A DNA stretch of 64,000 nt from Octopus sinensis (GCF_006345805.1 NC_042997.1:33914001-33978000), one strand, 5' to 3'; positions 1 to 13,345 are shown, counted from the stretch's first letter. Made by a program: numbers and translations. The notes: generated by a model from the letters alone, not told the origin.

Positions 1-128
1 TATATTTGACTTGAGCTGAAAATCTTGGTAGCATGCACCACTTTTTAATGTAACATTGAAGATATATATATATATATATAGATATATATAGATATATAAG
101 ATATATATATATATATATAGATATATAA

Positions 129-352
129 GGTGGCGAGCTGGCAGAAACGTTAGCACGTGGGGCGAAATGCGTAGCCGTATTTCGTCTGCCGTTACGTTCT
201 GAGTTCAAATTCCGCCGAGGTCGACTTTGCCTTTCATCCTTTCAGGGTCGATAAATTAAGTACCAGTTACGCACTGGGTTCGATATAATCGACTTAATCC
301 GTTTGTCTGTCCTTGTTTGTCCCCTCTATGTTTAGCCCATTGTGGGTAGGAA

Positions 353-355
<3 letters not shown>
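129..355 (+). mobile_element. tRNA-derived SINE, family A (ggcggcgagctggcagaaacgttagc...gtaaagaaata)
   Basis: ~230-bp unit with B-box-like 'gagttcaaattccgcc'; the same sequence recurs more than 8 times in the window on both strands. Confidence 0.85.
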
Positions 356-389
<34 letters not shown>

Positions 390-483
390 TATAGATATAT
401 ACTTAATAATTAAGGATAAAATCTTGAGATTTTATGAAGTAGTCAGTATGTATAAGTAATGTTTAATATGAGTATATACAATT

Positions 484-721
484 AAAACACCATCCGATCG
501 TGGCCGTCCGCCAGCCTCATCTGGCACCTGTGTCGGTGGCACATAAAATCACCCACTACACTCTCGGAGTGGTTGGCGTTAGGAAGGGCATCCAGCTGTA
601 GAAACACTGCCAGATCTGACTGGCCTGGTGCAGCCTTCGGGCTCCCCAGACCCCAGTTGAACCGTCCAACCCATGCTAGCATGGAAAACGGACGCTAAAT
701 GATGATGATGATGATGATGAT
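484..721 (+). mobile_element. 5'-truncated RTE LINE 3'UTR end with (GAT)n tail (family D)
   Basis: Matches the 3' end of the copy at 54633-55287, which still carries the ORF2 C-terminus; ends in ccatgctagcatggaaaacggacg...(gat)n. Confidence 0.8.
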
Positions 722-933
722 ATATATATAATTATAATAAGGGCTCTTTTGAGTAGGATCACATGTGGTCCTACTTGGAGAGCCCTTATTATTATAATCA
801 TATATATATATATATATATAATTATGATGCATTGCTAAGTTAAGATTCACTCGTTCTTTTCTATCTTTTGTACATTCATTTGCCATTAACACTTTAAATG
901 TATTACTTACTTACAGCTAGTTTTCATAAGCTA

Positions 934-1637
934 ACTAGGCTGCTGGAGTTCTATGATGCATGCAACCTTTTAATTGGCAATGCTAAGTTCAGGAAGCCAG
1001 TCAGCCACTTGCTAACCTATCAATCAGGTGACTCTGCTAGCCAGATTGATTTCATCCTCACCAGACAGCGGGACACAGGGTTGCTCTTAAATACAAAGAC
1101 CCTCCCGGGTGAGGAATGCACCCCACCCAGCATAGACTAGCCATTAGTAACTTTCGACTCAAGACCAGAAGGATACCAAGAAGCAGACCAATCCAGAAAA
1201 GAAGGATTTGGAAGCTAATGAACCCTTCACATGGTCAGAAATTTAGAGATATCCTCATCAAGAAATTTGATGGGAGGGAGGAGGAGCTACAGTCCTCGGA
1301 CATACAAGGTAGCTGGAAATTCCTATGGGACAGCTTACTGAGTACCACAGACCAAGTTTGCTGATGATGCAAAGTCCCTTTCAGGCCTAGAGTAACGTGG
1401 TGGTGGAATAATATGGTAGATAAAGCCATCAGAGAAAAGAAACTGGCCTGGAAAGCTTGGAAGGGTGGGGGTAACAGGGAACCGTACCAGATAGGCAGAA
1501 GGGAGGCTGGGCGACAGATATACATAGCCAAGGGCGAAGAGGAAATGAAGTTTGCCAATGTTCAGCAATGTGAAGACCAAAGAACTGAAGTATTTGAGAT
1601 TGCAAGACTATGTGTGAGAGAAAATTGTGATGTCACA
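934..1637 (+). mobile_element. Degenerate RTE-clade LINE fragment (APE endonuclease C-terminus plus linker)
   Basis: Frameshifted pieces RLLEFYDACNLLIGN..LTYQSGDSASQIDFILTR..GEECT/PTQHRL match APE endonuclease motifs (QIDYIL, SDHR-equivalent); followed by RTE linker W..F..SLL...DQVC, WWWN-type segment and FEIARLCVREN. Confidence 0.85.
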
Positions 1638-1700
1638 CCTTAATACAACAGAATTTACCCTGCATTGCTACTGTTGCGCAAAGTGTTGCCAAAAAGTGTT

Positions 1701-1738
<38 letters not shown>

Positions 1739-2270
1739 GCTTTGTGTCTGTGAAGCAGAATTATTATCAATGTTGTTGTCCAACCCCAGGTAGAACCTGT
1801 TTATGCAAATCTGTCATTAAAGGGGCCCCGTTTGCAATCGCCAGGTTCCCCTCTCCCTTACTACGTATATAATAACAAAACCCCTATTATCTAATACGCC
1901 GCTTCTTTTTCTAAGACTGCAAAAATGATTTGAGTGGGACTGGGCTGCTATTCCTAGCATGAATATTTCAGCTCAAATCGAGTTGAGTTATGTGTTGCTG
2001 TAAAATTTTTGAATTTATGACAAAATATCATCTGCACTATATATCATTCGTAATAATAATAATAATAACAATAAGGAAGCAAAAAATATGGGAATGGAGG
2101 AATCATCCCCAGAATTGAAGGTTAGTAGTGATGGCTTGCGTTAGCAAAATGGAAGACAAGAACAAAACCCACTTAATCAAATTCATAAAATGAAATAAGG
2201 TCCTGCCTGTCAGAACTCACCTGTCATCTTCCATATATATATATGTGTATATATATACATATATAAATAT

Positions 2271-2337
<67 letters not shown>

Positions 2338-2784
2338 TTCATCTCTCTCATACTGCAAATAATATATGAAATATTTGAATTGAATTGAGATTCCTCTTGT
2401 ATCATGAGTCATGATGTTAACCTTACCATTCTGATATCAATTTGCTTAAGACTTCTGCCCCTGAAGTGATTATATTTGAAAAATAATTCCAACCTTTCTG
2501 TCAGAATTTTATGTAAGAACAATTTTTTTTTTATTGAGTTCTGTTTTAAACTGCCAACTTAATACTAGAGGAGTTTGTTATTTTATTAAATCCCTCAGTA
2601 TCATGACAATAAAAAAAAAAGAAAAAGAAAAAAAAAGAAAAAGAAAAAAAAAGGCTTAATTGAAACATATAGACTGTGTATTTTATTAGGAATTTGCTTG
2701 CAGAAGGGTTAAAAAACTATGCCTGATCTATTGCAGGTAGCTAGAGGATTTCTCTTTTATTTCCTCTCTCTTCTATTACTTCTT

Positions 2785-3125
2785 GCGAAGGTGCATGGCT
2801 CAGGGGTTAGAGCTTTGGGCTCACAATCACGAGGTAGTGAGTTTGATTCTTGGACCGGGCTCTGTACTGTGTTCTTGAGCAAGACACTTTATTAAATGTT
2901 GCTTCAGTTCACTCAGCTGTGAAAATGAGTTGTGACATCACTGGTGCCAAGCTGTATTGGCCTTTGCTTTTCCCTTGGATAACATCAGTGGTGTGGAGAG
3001 GAGGAGGCTGGTATGCATAGGCGACTGCTGGTCTTCCTTAAACAACCTTTACCTGGACATGTGCCCCAGAGGGGAACTTTCTAGGTGCAACCCCATGGTC
3101 ATTCATGACCAAAGGGGGGTCTTTA
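2785..3125 (+). mobile_element. tRNA-derived SINE, family E (gcatggctcagtggttagag...gaccgaagggggtc)
   Basis: A-box-like tggctca(g)gggttagag and B-box-like gagtttgattc; homologous copies at 39904-40199, 42818-43115 and 49157-49752. Confidence 0.8.
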
Positions 3126-3375
3126 TTTCCTCTCACTCTATCTCCCTTTCTCTCTCATTCATTTACTCAGCCTGTCTTAAATAAATAAATAAATAAGACA
3201 AATTATAAAAATATCTGACATTTTAGTGAGAGCTTAGCTTTCCAAACAATTAAGCAGCTGTGAGATAAAATCTCTCCATGGATGGGATGCTAGTTTAGTT
3301 GCCACTAACACTCCTAGGTTTCATGGTACTTCTCAACAGTGAAGCAAACAAGAGTAGTACCAGAATAAAAGAGAG

Positions 3376-3744
3376 GTTGTGTGCTGTCTGTCTCCTACGA
3401 TTTAGATTCCTAACTACTCCCACATTTTGCGGTGCAGTGGAACCAAAAGCGGGTATTTTATAGTCGTGATTCATATCGAGCCCTTCTGGGTATTAGCGCG
3501 CGTCTACGATGAGTCTACGATTTTAAAAATAATTTACCATCATTTTTTTCCTTTTTAATGCATTTTTTCGCTATTATATAAGGGAAGTAACTCTCTAAAA
3601 TGTCTACGATGAGTCAACGATTTAAAAAAAAATTTACCATCATTTTTTTTCCATTTTTAATGCATTTTTTGGCTATAACTCTCTAAAAATGCTTATATAG
3701 TTATTTCCCTTACAAACCCGAGCAATGCACGGCGATACTGCTAG
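3376..3744 (+). mobile_element. Non-autonomous Helitron, 5'-truncated
   Basis: Same body as 36646-37033; ends with the degenerate hairpin cccgagcaatgcacgg followed by CTAG|T. Confidence 0.8.
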
Positions 3745-3819
3745 TGCCCTATAAGACGATTGGAACTCAGAACCTGTAAGACCTATAAGATGTTTGTCCA
3801 GTCTTATATCCACATGGCC

Positions 3820-4620
3820 ACTTCATTTCTATTTTGCCTTTCTCTCTCTCTCTCCCCACTACTCTCATTGTATAAATTCAGCTATACCTCTCACCCTATG
3901 TTTTCCTCTCTTCAATCTCTGACAGGTTCTCATTCCATTGAACATCTCTGTTCATTGTTCTCTCCCTTCTCTCTATTTCTGTGTAGTCCTTGCTCTCCTG
4001 CATCACTCTTCTCTGTACAAGTACCTCTTAATTCGTTGCACATCTCACCCTCTCAACATTTAGTTATGTGTATCATTTTTTATCTCTCATCTATTATTTC
4101 TTCTTACCATTTCTCTCTCTCTCTCTCTCCCCCCTCTCTCTTTACTTCTTATTTCTCTCTGTACATCTTTCACTACACCTCATTATCCTTTTCTGCAAAA
4201 CACTTTCTCTCTCACTCATCTCTCATTTCTCCTTATCAGTCTTTCGTTTCTTGTCTCTCTCTTGTCTCCCTCTTCAGCTTTTCCCATCTTTATTTTTCAA
4301 TCCCTCCCTTTCCTCCTCTGTACATCTAATACTTTCTTTTACCATTTCCTACCTCTGTCTTTCATAGTCTCTTTCTCTCTCTCTCTCAATCTCTCTATCC
4401 TGTTTTCTCATTATGGTTCCTGTTCTCTCTTTCTCCCTCTCTCTGCTGTCTCTACCTTGTTTGCTCTCTTTCTTTTCTTTCCCTGTCTTATACTTTCACT
4501 CTTATCACTCACTCTGTCTTTTTACCTGTCTGATCCTCTCTCTCTCTCTCTCTTACTACTAATCTAGGCCTACCTGTCTTATAGCCTGTCCTTCGATCCT
4601 ACCTTCTTCCTTTCTTCTGT
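3820..4620. repeat. CT-rich low-complexity pyrimidine tract
   Basis: Degenerate (CT)n; explains the S/L/F-rich ORFs at 3760-4567. Confidence 0.85.
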
Positions 4621-5151
4621 CCATTTTCTTTTAATCTGTCCATCCATGGTTCTGTTTTACCTGTCTATGTATTTATATCTTAATGGTAGGACCTCACTGT
4701 TATGATATAGCATATTAATAAACTTTGATTAACCAACATTATCCATGTGATTAGTTGACAAAAACTCCCTTTAGTGGTGTTCAAAATGACTCCAGCTGTA
4801 TCAATCGATCAAAATGTTTGGAAAATAAAGATGATGCTGATGGGAAATTCATGTCATTACATTCCCTTTATTTATGTATATACCAAGTATTCTAAGTCTA
4901 ACGAACTGAACTGAATATGCTTAGCTGAAGAGATCTAATGAGACTGAAACAATATTGGTTTGTCAATTATTATCATATTTCACTCATTTGTTGTTTATTT
5001 TATGTCTGTTTTTTTTTTTTTTCAATGCTGGCATGACTTTGGGTGAGGTGTTTTTTGAGGCAAGATTTTACAGCTCTTTCTTTGGCCACGCCTTACCTGA
5101 AGACCATCATGTATATCCTCCTCTTCTACCTTCTCCTCTTCATTATCATTA

Positions 5152-5574
5152 TCTGTTTCTTTATTACCGACAAGGAGCTAAACATAGAGGGGACAAACAA
5201 GGACAGACAAACGGATTAAGTCGATTACATCGACCCTAGTGCGTAACTGGTACTTAATTTATCGACCCCGAAAGGATGAAAGGCAAAGTCGACCTTGGCG
5301 GAATTTGAACTCAGAACATAAAGACAGACGAAATACCTATTTCTATTTCTTTATTACCCACAAGGAGCTAAACATAGAGGGGACAAACAAGGACAGACAA
5401 ACGGATTAAGTCGATTACATCGACCCTAGTGCATAACTGGTACTTAATTTATCAACCCCGAAAGGATGAAAGGCAAAGTCGACCTTGGCGGAATTTGAAC
5501 TCAGAACGTAACGACAGACGAAATACGGCTACGCATTTCGCCCGACATGCTGACATTTCTGCCAGATCGCCGCC
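5152..5574 (-). mobile_element. SINE family A, tandem dimer
   Basis: One full copy plus a duplicated 3' ~190 bp; the two halves share non-consensus bases (gaccttggcgg, ccctagtgc, ggagctaaac). Confidence 0.85.
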
Positions 5575-5899
5575 TTAATTATCATCAACATCAGTGCCAT
5601 CATTCAATGATATGAGTCGAATGGTTTGACAGAATCTGACTAGTTGGAGGACTGCATTGAGCTCCAATGTCTACTTTGTCATGCTTTCTAGGGTTGGATG
5701 CTCTTCATAATGACACTCATTTTACAGAGTATACTAAGTGCTTTTTTTTGTGGCTCCAGCACTAGTGAGGTTACCAAGTAATTTGCAACACCCTCCACCT
5801 CACCAGAAGGGTTTCAGTAGACAAAAGTATGATAGCTTTATATACTAGGTGTTGACTGATGTAGAGGAAATACATGGTTACTCCATTTTATATAAGGGT

Positions 5900-6500
5900 T
5901 AGGATTAGGTAAGTGGATGTGTCTAGAGAGATAAAGATGGTGATGTGGTGGCAGTGTTATACCCTGAAGGTGCAAGAAGATGAATAAAAGAGAGAATAGG
6001 GATGGAAGATTGATAAGGATAGGAGGTGTAAGTTTACAAATATGTGAAATGTGAGGGACAGGTGGTTAGAGATAGAAGTAGAGGTTAATGTAGTGAATGG
6101 TGAGCAAGGATGGAAGTGTGGTCAGTGGTAAGAAGCTGCTGCATCCAAAAATGGAGCGGGAGCTGGTGGCACAGAAAGGGCAATCATTGGAAATTACTGT
6201 GGGGAAGAGATGATATTGAGACTGTGGGATGAATGGCTTAGGAAAGTGTTTCCAAGTAGAGGGATAACTAGTAGCATAAAAAGGGGATGGAATATGTAGT
6301 TCTGCTCTTGTATAATCACAACAGCTGAATAATGTTATAGAGTTAGAAGAGTGATGGAGGGATGGGTAATAGGAAGAGGGGAGGGTGGGAAAATTTTGAC
6401 AAGAACTATGTGGGTGTGGAGGTGAGGCTCCTTGCATGTATAGACATAAGCATAATGCTTTCAGTACCACTATTTTGCCATGGTGGCTGGGTCTTCTCAA
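5900..6500 (-). mobile_element. Possible highly degenerate Penelope-like element relic
   Basis: Translation SSYYPSLHH...LFSCCDY...FYATSYPS weakly resembles the Penelope RT C-terminal S(S)HP..SIP.SQF.R..R.CS....FF..RGYP pattern; resemblance by eye only. Confidence 0.3.
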
Positions 6501-8604
6501 GCACAGAAAATTGCTAAATCATCTGGTCCTTTCTTATTTCTTCCATGGGGCTCAACATTTTGTTAGTAGTCTTCACTACTTTCTCCCTGTTTTCTTGGAT
6601 CTCTTTTACTAAAGGTTCCATCCACATTTTTCATGCAGGGCTTCCAGTACTCTACTTGGCTTCAGTTTAAGCTTAGACAAAAACAACAGTAACAGTAAAT
6701 ATCAAGGAAAAACAACCAGGAAAACAAAATCTATTATTTAAAAAAAAAATTTACTATCTTGATGCCAATCTGTCCGAGACCACCCTTGGCCCTGATACAA
6801 ACTTTCAGTTTAGTTAGAACTTCTTGCAGCTGCTTTCATACATATATATTACATGCCCATACAAGTGCAGCCTTCTGTCTTGCACACTGCATCTGATTCC
6901 CCTCTGCGCATATGTATTTTGTCATGCCTGCACACTAACGTTACACTTCCACTGGAGCATGGCAGTCTTGTAGTTTTCACATGCTAACTGTATTCAACAC
7001 CCATGCCTCCACTACCATGTAGTACAGTGTGTGTATGTGTGTTTACATATTCTTTGAATATTATGGAATGCAAGTGGTGTCACTATTGTGATTTCTTCTA
7101 CTAAAAAAAAATCATCTGCTGGCTTTGTACCTCCAAAGACATGTGAAGCAAGAAATCCGTTACTTGGTCTCTTCAAGGTCTATGAAACAGACACAACTAG
7201 ACATCTGTGGGTACGCAGTTTATTGAGACAGGTTTTAGTAAACTGAATCATCTTAATTTTGACGAATTCTGTAAATTAAATTCTTCCTATACGAAGTTGT
7301 ATTTCTTCCACTCTAAGAAATTATTATCATTGTTTCAGTCACATTTTATACTTTTACTGTTCTGCTACTGAGCACAGTTTTTGTTCCTACTTTGTTACAT
7401 GCAAATGATGTAACCACTTATTTTCAACCCTGTTATTAATATTGCAATCGTTTCACATTACAAAATAAATAGCACAAATACAAATGTTCATGAAAGGTGA
7501 TTATGGGTCTAAGAAGTGATAATTGTTTATTTTCACCCTGTATTCATTAATAACAGGGTGGGTCTACAGAAATATACAAAACAATTAATTTAACTTAAAG
7601 AAATGCTTTAGGATAATTTTTTAAAGTGGAAAAAACTATTTTCTGGTCATCTACTTAGCTCTAATTTCAGGTTCATTGTAACTTGCCATCATGCTGGAAG
7701 ATATTGAATTTCATGTGTCGTTGTAGTTGTTGTTGTTGTTGGTGGTGGTATTAATTGAAGCAATTTCAGTATGCCCCATATGCAAACTCATTACCACCAC
7801 CTCAATCACCAACACCTTTATCATCCCTTGTCGATTCCATATGTTTTCCAGTTTTTTTAGTCATTAACAGAGAACCTAATATTAGAGGTAAAGTAGATGG
7901 CCAAAACATATATTTTCAACAATAACAATTATCTCAGATCATTCCTTATGGCTGAATTAAACATTTCAGAAAATGATGTGTATGCGTTTCTATAAACCCA
8001 TTCCAGTATTGGTAATAACAGGGGTGGAAGATATACAATTACTATGTGAAGTTAGTGAGTTTAGGTGAGTTGGTTATGCCATTAGGAGAAGAGAAATCTA
8101 ATGTTTAGTAACTGACCCTTTGTCTGAGAGATGAAAATAAGAAATTTTTTTGTTCTCTCTCAGACAAACGGTCAGCTTTGAAACATCTGATTCCACTTCT
8201 CTACAACATACAATCTTATCCAAACTCACAAGCTTCACTGTATAATTTTTGCTGATAGAGACCTCCACCAGTTTCTTTAGACTTTGATATTTTTTTTACT
8301 TAGTTATCATATTAGTTATCTTAATGTTTTTTGTTTATGTTTGTATTGTTTATTTTGCAATAATATCATGAAAGACATGTTCTGTGACTAAGTATGCTTT
8401 ATACTTTAAAAAAAAAAAAAATTTTTTTTTTAAGGATATTGTTGTGTAATCTTGTCAAATCTCATTATCTTGTAAACTAATGTATTTTTAAAAAATATAC
8501 TTAATTTCTTTATCACCAGTGGAGATAACCCATTGCTTTTAGGTTTTCAAATCTAGCACTCACATTGTATGTATTTCTTAGTTTTCTCTTTTTTTTCTTT
8601 TTTG

Positions 8605-8765
8605 CCTTCTCCATACATTGAAAGTTTTACCAGTTTGTTCAAAGAGTTATTTTCATCTGCCAGGATTGAAACATCTATAAAGAGGCGCATATTTTCTATA
8701 TGATCTTTAACAATAAAGTCTGGGCATTTGAACTTTATCTCTTTGTATGCACAAGAATATCTCTC
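8605..8765 (-). mobile_element. Relic of the restriction-like endonuclease of an R4/NeSL-type non-LTR retrotransposon
   Basis: KEIKFKCPDFIVKDHIENMRLFIDVSILADENNSLNKLVKLSMY fits the RLE pattern KEIKANRPDI.VKD......LID(V/M)S.P.D.N.S.K..EKLSKY. Confidence 0.6.
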
Positions 8766-9000
8766 ACTATTGAAACTCTCACTTTTGAAAACTGTTTGAG
8801 GTGTGTAACTTGTGTAAGTTGTGTGATCTGTTTTCTGTACTGATATCATTGTAGAACTATAGTTTCCAGTATACACAACTTATCTTACCCAGTTTTGATT
8901 TATATTTACTTTTGACTCACTCTGCACAACATGAGTAGTCACTTGTCTCTTTGCAGTCTCTATACTGTCACTGCAGTTGCTGCAGGTCTCCTCTACTTAA

Positions 9001-9218
9001 TCTTTCTCTTACCATATTTCCATTGAAATACTCTATCTTCATTTCAATTAATTTTGCAAATAATGAAGAATTTAATAAAATAAATTTGCTGTTATTAAGT
9101 TGGTGTTTGGAAATAGATTAACATAAAATTTTGATAGATGGTTTTAATTTAGTTCACTTTTAAACTGAAAGTTTGTATCAGGGCCAAGGGTGGTCTCGGG
9201 CAGATTGGCATCAAGATA
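9001..9218. mobile_element. Degenerate piggyBac-type MITE
   Basis: Eroded ends (ttaatctttctcttacc / ggcatcaagatagtaaa) resemble the TIR of the intact MITE at 9462; the body is homologous to 46087-46260. Confidence 0.5.
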
Positions 9219-9461
9219 GTAAATTTAAAAAAAAATATCACAGATTTTGTTTTCCTGGTTGTTTTTCCTTGATATTTGCTGTTACTGTTGTTTTTGTCTA
9301 AGCTTAAACTGAAGCCAAGTAGATTACTGGAAGCCCTGCATGAAATATTTTTCAACTCCTAGGAGAACTTGAACTTCATAAGTTATCTAATATAAGAACC
9401 TGGGTCTAATGGATCTGATGGGAAAAATACCATGCAGGTCCTAGAGGAGATAAGGGATTAA

Positions 9462-9681
9462 CCCTTTCGTTACCAACCCGGCTGAAACCCGCTCTGGTTC
9501 TCACTACAAATATCTTGTTTTCAAAAGTTTTCAATTAAAATCTTTCATCAAACCTTAGCCACAATTTATGATCCTAACACTAGCTTAATGATAACTAAGT
9601 TATTTTACTAAATCCTTTGTTATATTTAAAGTAATTGAAAGAAACACAAAGCATCTCAAAATAAATACAGTAACGAAAGGG
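9462..9681. mobile_element. piggyBac-type MITE
   Basis: Perfect 12-bp TIR ccctttcgttac/gtaacgaaaggg flanked by TTAA on both sides (9458-9461 and 9682-9685). Confidence 0.9.
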
Positions 9682-10744
9682 TTAATATGTCAACCTTTAA
9701 TATCTTTGAAGAGGCATTACCTAGTGGATGTGAGAGACTTTGGGGGATTGGTTAAGATTAAAGATGTTCATGGGCAACTGTGTAGGATTCAGTTGGTAAA
9801 TGATAATTAGAACAGAAGGTGATTGAAACTGTAGAGGCCTTGATTCTACTTAGGTGGGGGTTTCTGACCCCCTTTGTGTGTTGGTGAATATTTATTTGTG
9901 TGCCAAATATTTAAGCTATTTTAATATATTGTAATTATTTTCAAATTCCACTGAGGTTGACTTTGCCTTTCATCTCTTTTGGGGGTTGATAAAATGAATA
10001 CCAGTAGAGCATTGGGGTCGATATAATCGACTTACCTCCTCCCCCAAAATTGTTGATTTGTACCAAAATTTGGGAGCAATATATTATAATTATGTTTTAA
10101 GGAAGCAAACTGATAATTATTAGAGCATTAAACAAAATGCTTTGGAGTTTTAACTCTTTCCATTCTAGGTTCAATTCCCAGTAAAGTCAGTTTTGCTTTT
10201 CATCTTAAGTATTGCTACAATAAAGCACCAGTCAGGGTCAATGACTGTTAGAGACTTGGACAAAGTGCTTTGTAGTAGTTTCTCTGCCTCTTTCCATTCT
10301 GTGGTTGCAGGCAGGTGCAGTGAACTAGTTTGTATTTAGTTGATGAGATGATGTCTTGTACAAAAAAAAATAAATAAAATAACCAAAACAAAACAATAGA
10401 AAATCATATTTGTACTCGTTTACAAATATTCTATAACAATCATGTCGCGGTTGTAAAGTAAATCTCTAGGCGCCTGGGGTCATTCACTAACATTATGGTT
10501 CAAAGAAGGAATTATACTTTTCCTCCTTGTTTATATATATATATATGAGAAAAGAGATGACAAAGGAATAAATGTTCATCTTATGAACTTCATTAATTTA
10601 CAACTGTTTCCACTATAGTTGAGTGCCTAATCAATGCCTTACAGGTTTATCAGAGCCTCAGACATGAAGTGCCTGTATATATATATATATGTATGTATGT
10701 ATGTATATATGGTGGTAGTTTTCTACTCTTTATGCAGAGTTTGG

Positions 10745-11020
10745 CCACCTCCTGTACCTACACCTTAGCACCATCATGGGATCTGATGTGGCTTTTTAAA
10801 CCAGACAGTGTTTAAAAGACACCCACATAGATTGCATCTCCGATTTGGACAACCAAGAGCTCTTTGTGGATCTTAAAATGCCTCTTGAGGCCTCCACTGG
10901 ATTTGCAAACCTTCTGGCATACACTGCATTCAAAGGTGTGCACAGACATATAGGCAGAATAGTTGGTGGAGGTTTGTTTTCTATGCATTCACAGATGAGA
11001 TTTGAGGCCCGCAAAAGACA
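10745..11020 (-). mobile_element. LINE ORF2 C-terminus relic with two C2H2 zinc fingers
   Basis: FECSVCQKVCKSSGGLKRHFKIH and frameshifted CNLCGCLFKTLSGLKSHIRSH; homologous to 46900-47075. Confidence 0.6.
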
Positions 11021-11061
11021 TGAATATATATATATATATATATATATATAGCAAGTTTCCT

Positions 11062-11400
11062 ATCACACACAAGCATGGCTGTGTGGTAAGAAGCTTGCTT
11101 CTCAACCACATGGTCCTGGTTTAAGCTTTCTGAGTGTATTTTGGTTGACAGAAACTGAAAGAAGCCTGTTGCATATATATATATATGTGTATTTCTACAT
11201 GTGTGTGTTTTTATGTCTGTGTTTGTCCCCCACCATTGCTTGACAACTGGTGTTGCTTATGTCCCTGTAACTTAGTGATTTGGCAAAAGAGACCGATAGA
11301 ATAAGTACCAGGCCTTAAAACACAAGTCCTGTTGTTTTGTTCTGCTAAAACCCTTCAAGGTAGTGCCCCAGTATGGCCAGAGTAAAAATTGATTGAAACA
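11062..11400 (+). mobile_element. Degenerate SINE family B
   Basis: Diverged match to 16151-16562 with an internal deletion. Confidence 0.7.
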
Positions 11401-11859
11401 AAACATTAAATACACCACACACACACACACAACCTTTACAAGGAAAAGGTTGACAGTGATTTTGAAGTTTGGGCTTGTTTGGCTTCTTCAGGCTGTGCTT
11501 TTTGGTTTTATTCGATCTTTAGCAAATTGCTTCTTGAGGGAGCATGGAGCTGTGGAAAGGGATAATTAGGTGTGGTGTATGTAGTTATGTAGGAAGTGGG
11601 TAGAGGCAGGCAGGAAAGAAAGCATGTGTTTGTTAGATGTAAGTTGACAGAAAGTAATGTGAGGAGGTTTTATTTGGTTTGATCTAGGAATTTTGTTATT
11701 GTTTATAGTTCAGTCAAGCATGCATATAACTTGTTAACAGGTGTGTCAGATTCAGGTTATGACATTCCCACATCTTTTATAGCCCTGTTTGTGTGACACA
11801 TTTCCTATTGTATATTTAGTTGTAGCTGACTAAGAACTAATAATAGTAATAATAATAAT

Positions 11860-12260
11860 CCTTTCTACTGAAGGTACAATGCCTGAAATTTTGAGGGAGG
11901 GGATTAGTCAATTACATTGCTACTTAATTTATTGACCCTGAAAGGATGAAAGGCAAAGTCGACCTCAGCGGAATTTGAACTCAGAACATAGTAAAGGCAG
12001 ATGAAATGCCGCTGAGCATTTTGGCTGGTGTGCTGCCTTAATGATGATGATAATAATAATAATCCTTTTTGCTATAGGCACAAGGCCTGAAATTTGATTA
12101 TATCAGCCCCATTGCTCGACTGGTACTTATTTTATCGACCCTGAATAGATGAAAGGCAAAGTCGACCGTGGCAGAATTTGAACCCAGAACATAAAGATGA
12201 ACTAAATACCACTAAGCATTTTGCCTGGCATGCTATCAATACTGCCAGCTCACAGCCTTC
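11860..12260 (-). mobile_element. Two degenerate SINE family A copies
   Basis: The core gaaaggcaaagtcgacc..gaatttgaac occurs twice. Confidence 0.7.
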
Positions 12261-12537
<277 letters not shown>

Positions 12538-13239
12538 AATTTACAGGAAAAGCTTGAATATGATTTGTGGTATTGATCTATATCTCTTCATGTTCTAAGT
12601 TTGAATCAAGCTTTTTTTTTTTGTTTTTGCTCTTTTGAGGTTGATAAAAGGAAAATACTTGTTAATTGACAGTGTCTCAACCAACCAACCAACCAACCAA
12701 CCACGCCACCCCACTCCGCTCACCATTAGTGAGCTTGTCCAAATGTTACAAGTCATTATCATTAAAAATTCTCATTTTTGGTATCTGTTTTGTTTTGTTG
12801 TTTTGTATTGTTTTGTTTCATCGCCCCCCCCCCACCACCTCACTCCCTCTCTCAACCAACCACCCACCCACCCACCCACCAACCAACCAACCAACCAACA
12901 AACAAACAAATGAATCAAATGAGCATGAATACAAATGATGAAAATAGACAATGATATTAATTTTCCTCTCCTCACCATTATCTACACATTCATACTTATG
13001 TTCACTTACACGCATGCACACACACACACACACACAACACGTACTTATCCATCCCTCCATCCATCCCTCCATCCGTCCATCCATCCATACATACATGCAT
13101 AAACGATGCACCATAATGACATACATGGTGCATCATAAATGTTGCATTGTGCATGTATACTAGAACGAAAACAAAAATTGGAATTGAAACAAAGCCGCAG
13201 CCCTGACACTCCCTCATCACTTACCCAGAGCTCCTCATC

Positions 13240-13345
13240 ATCTAACAGCCACCACCACCACCACCACCACCACCACACCACCACCACCACCACCCCACCA
13301 CCACCACCACCACCACCACCACCACCATCGCCACCCCACCCCACC
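13240..13345. repeat. (CCA)n microsatellite
   Basis: Directly visible. Confidence 0.9.

Noticed and set aside
2785-2860. tRNA-like sequences at SINE heads
   Set aside because: They have A/B boxes but no closing acceptor stem and run into SINE bodies; they are not tRNA genes.
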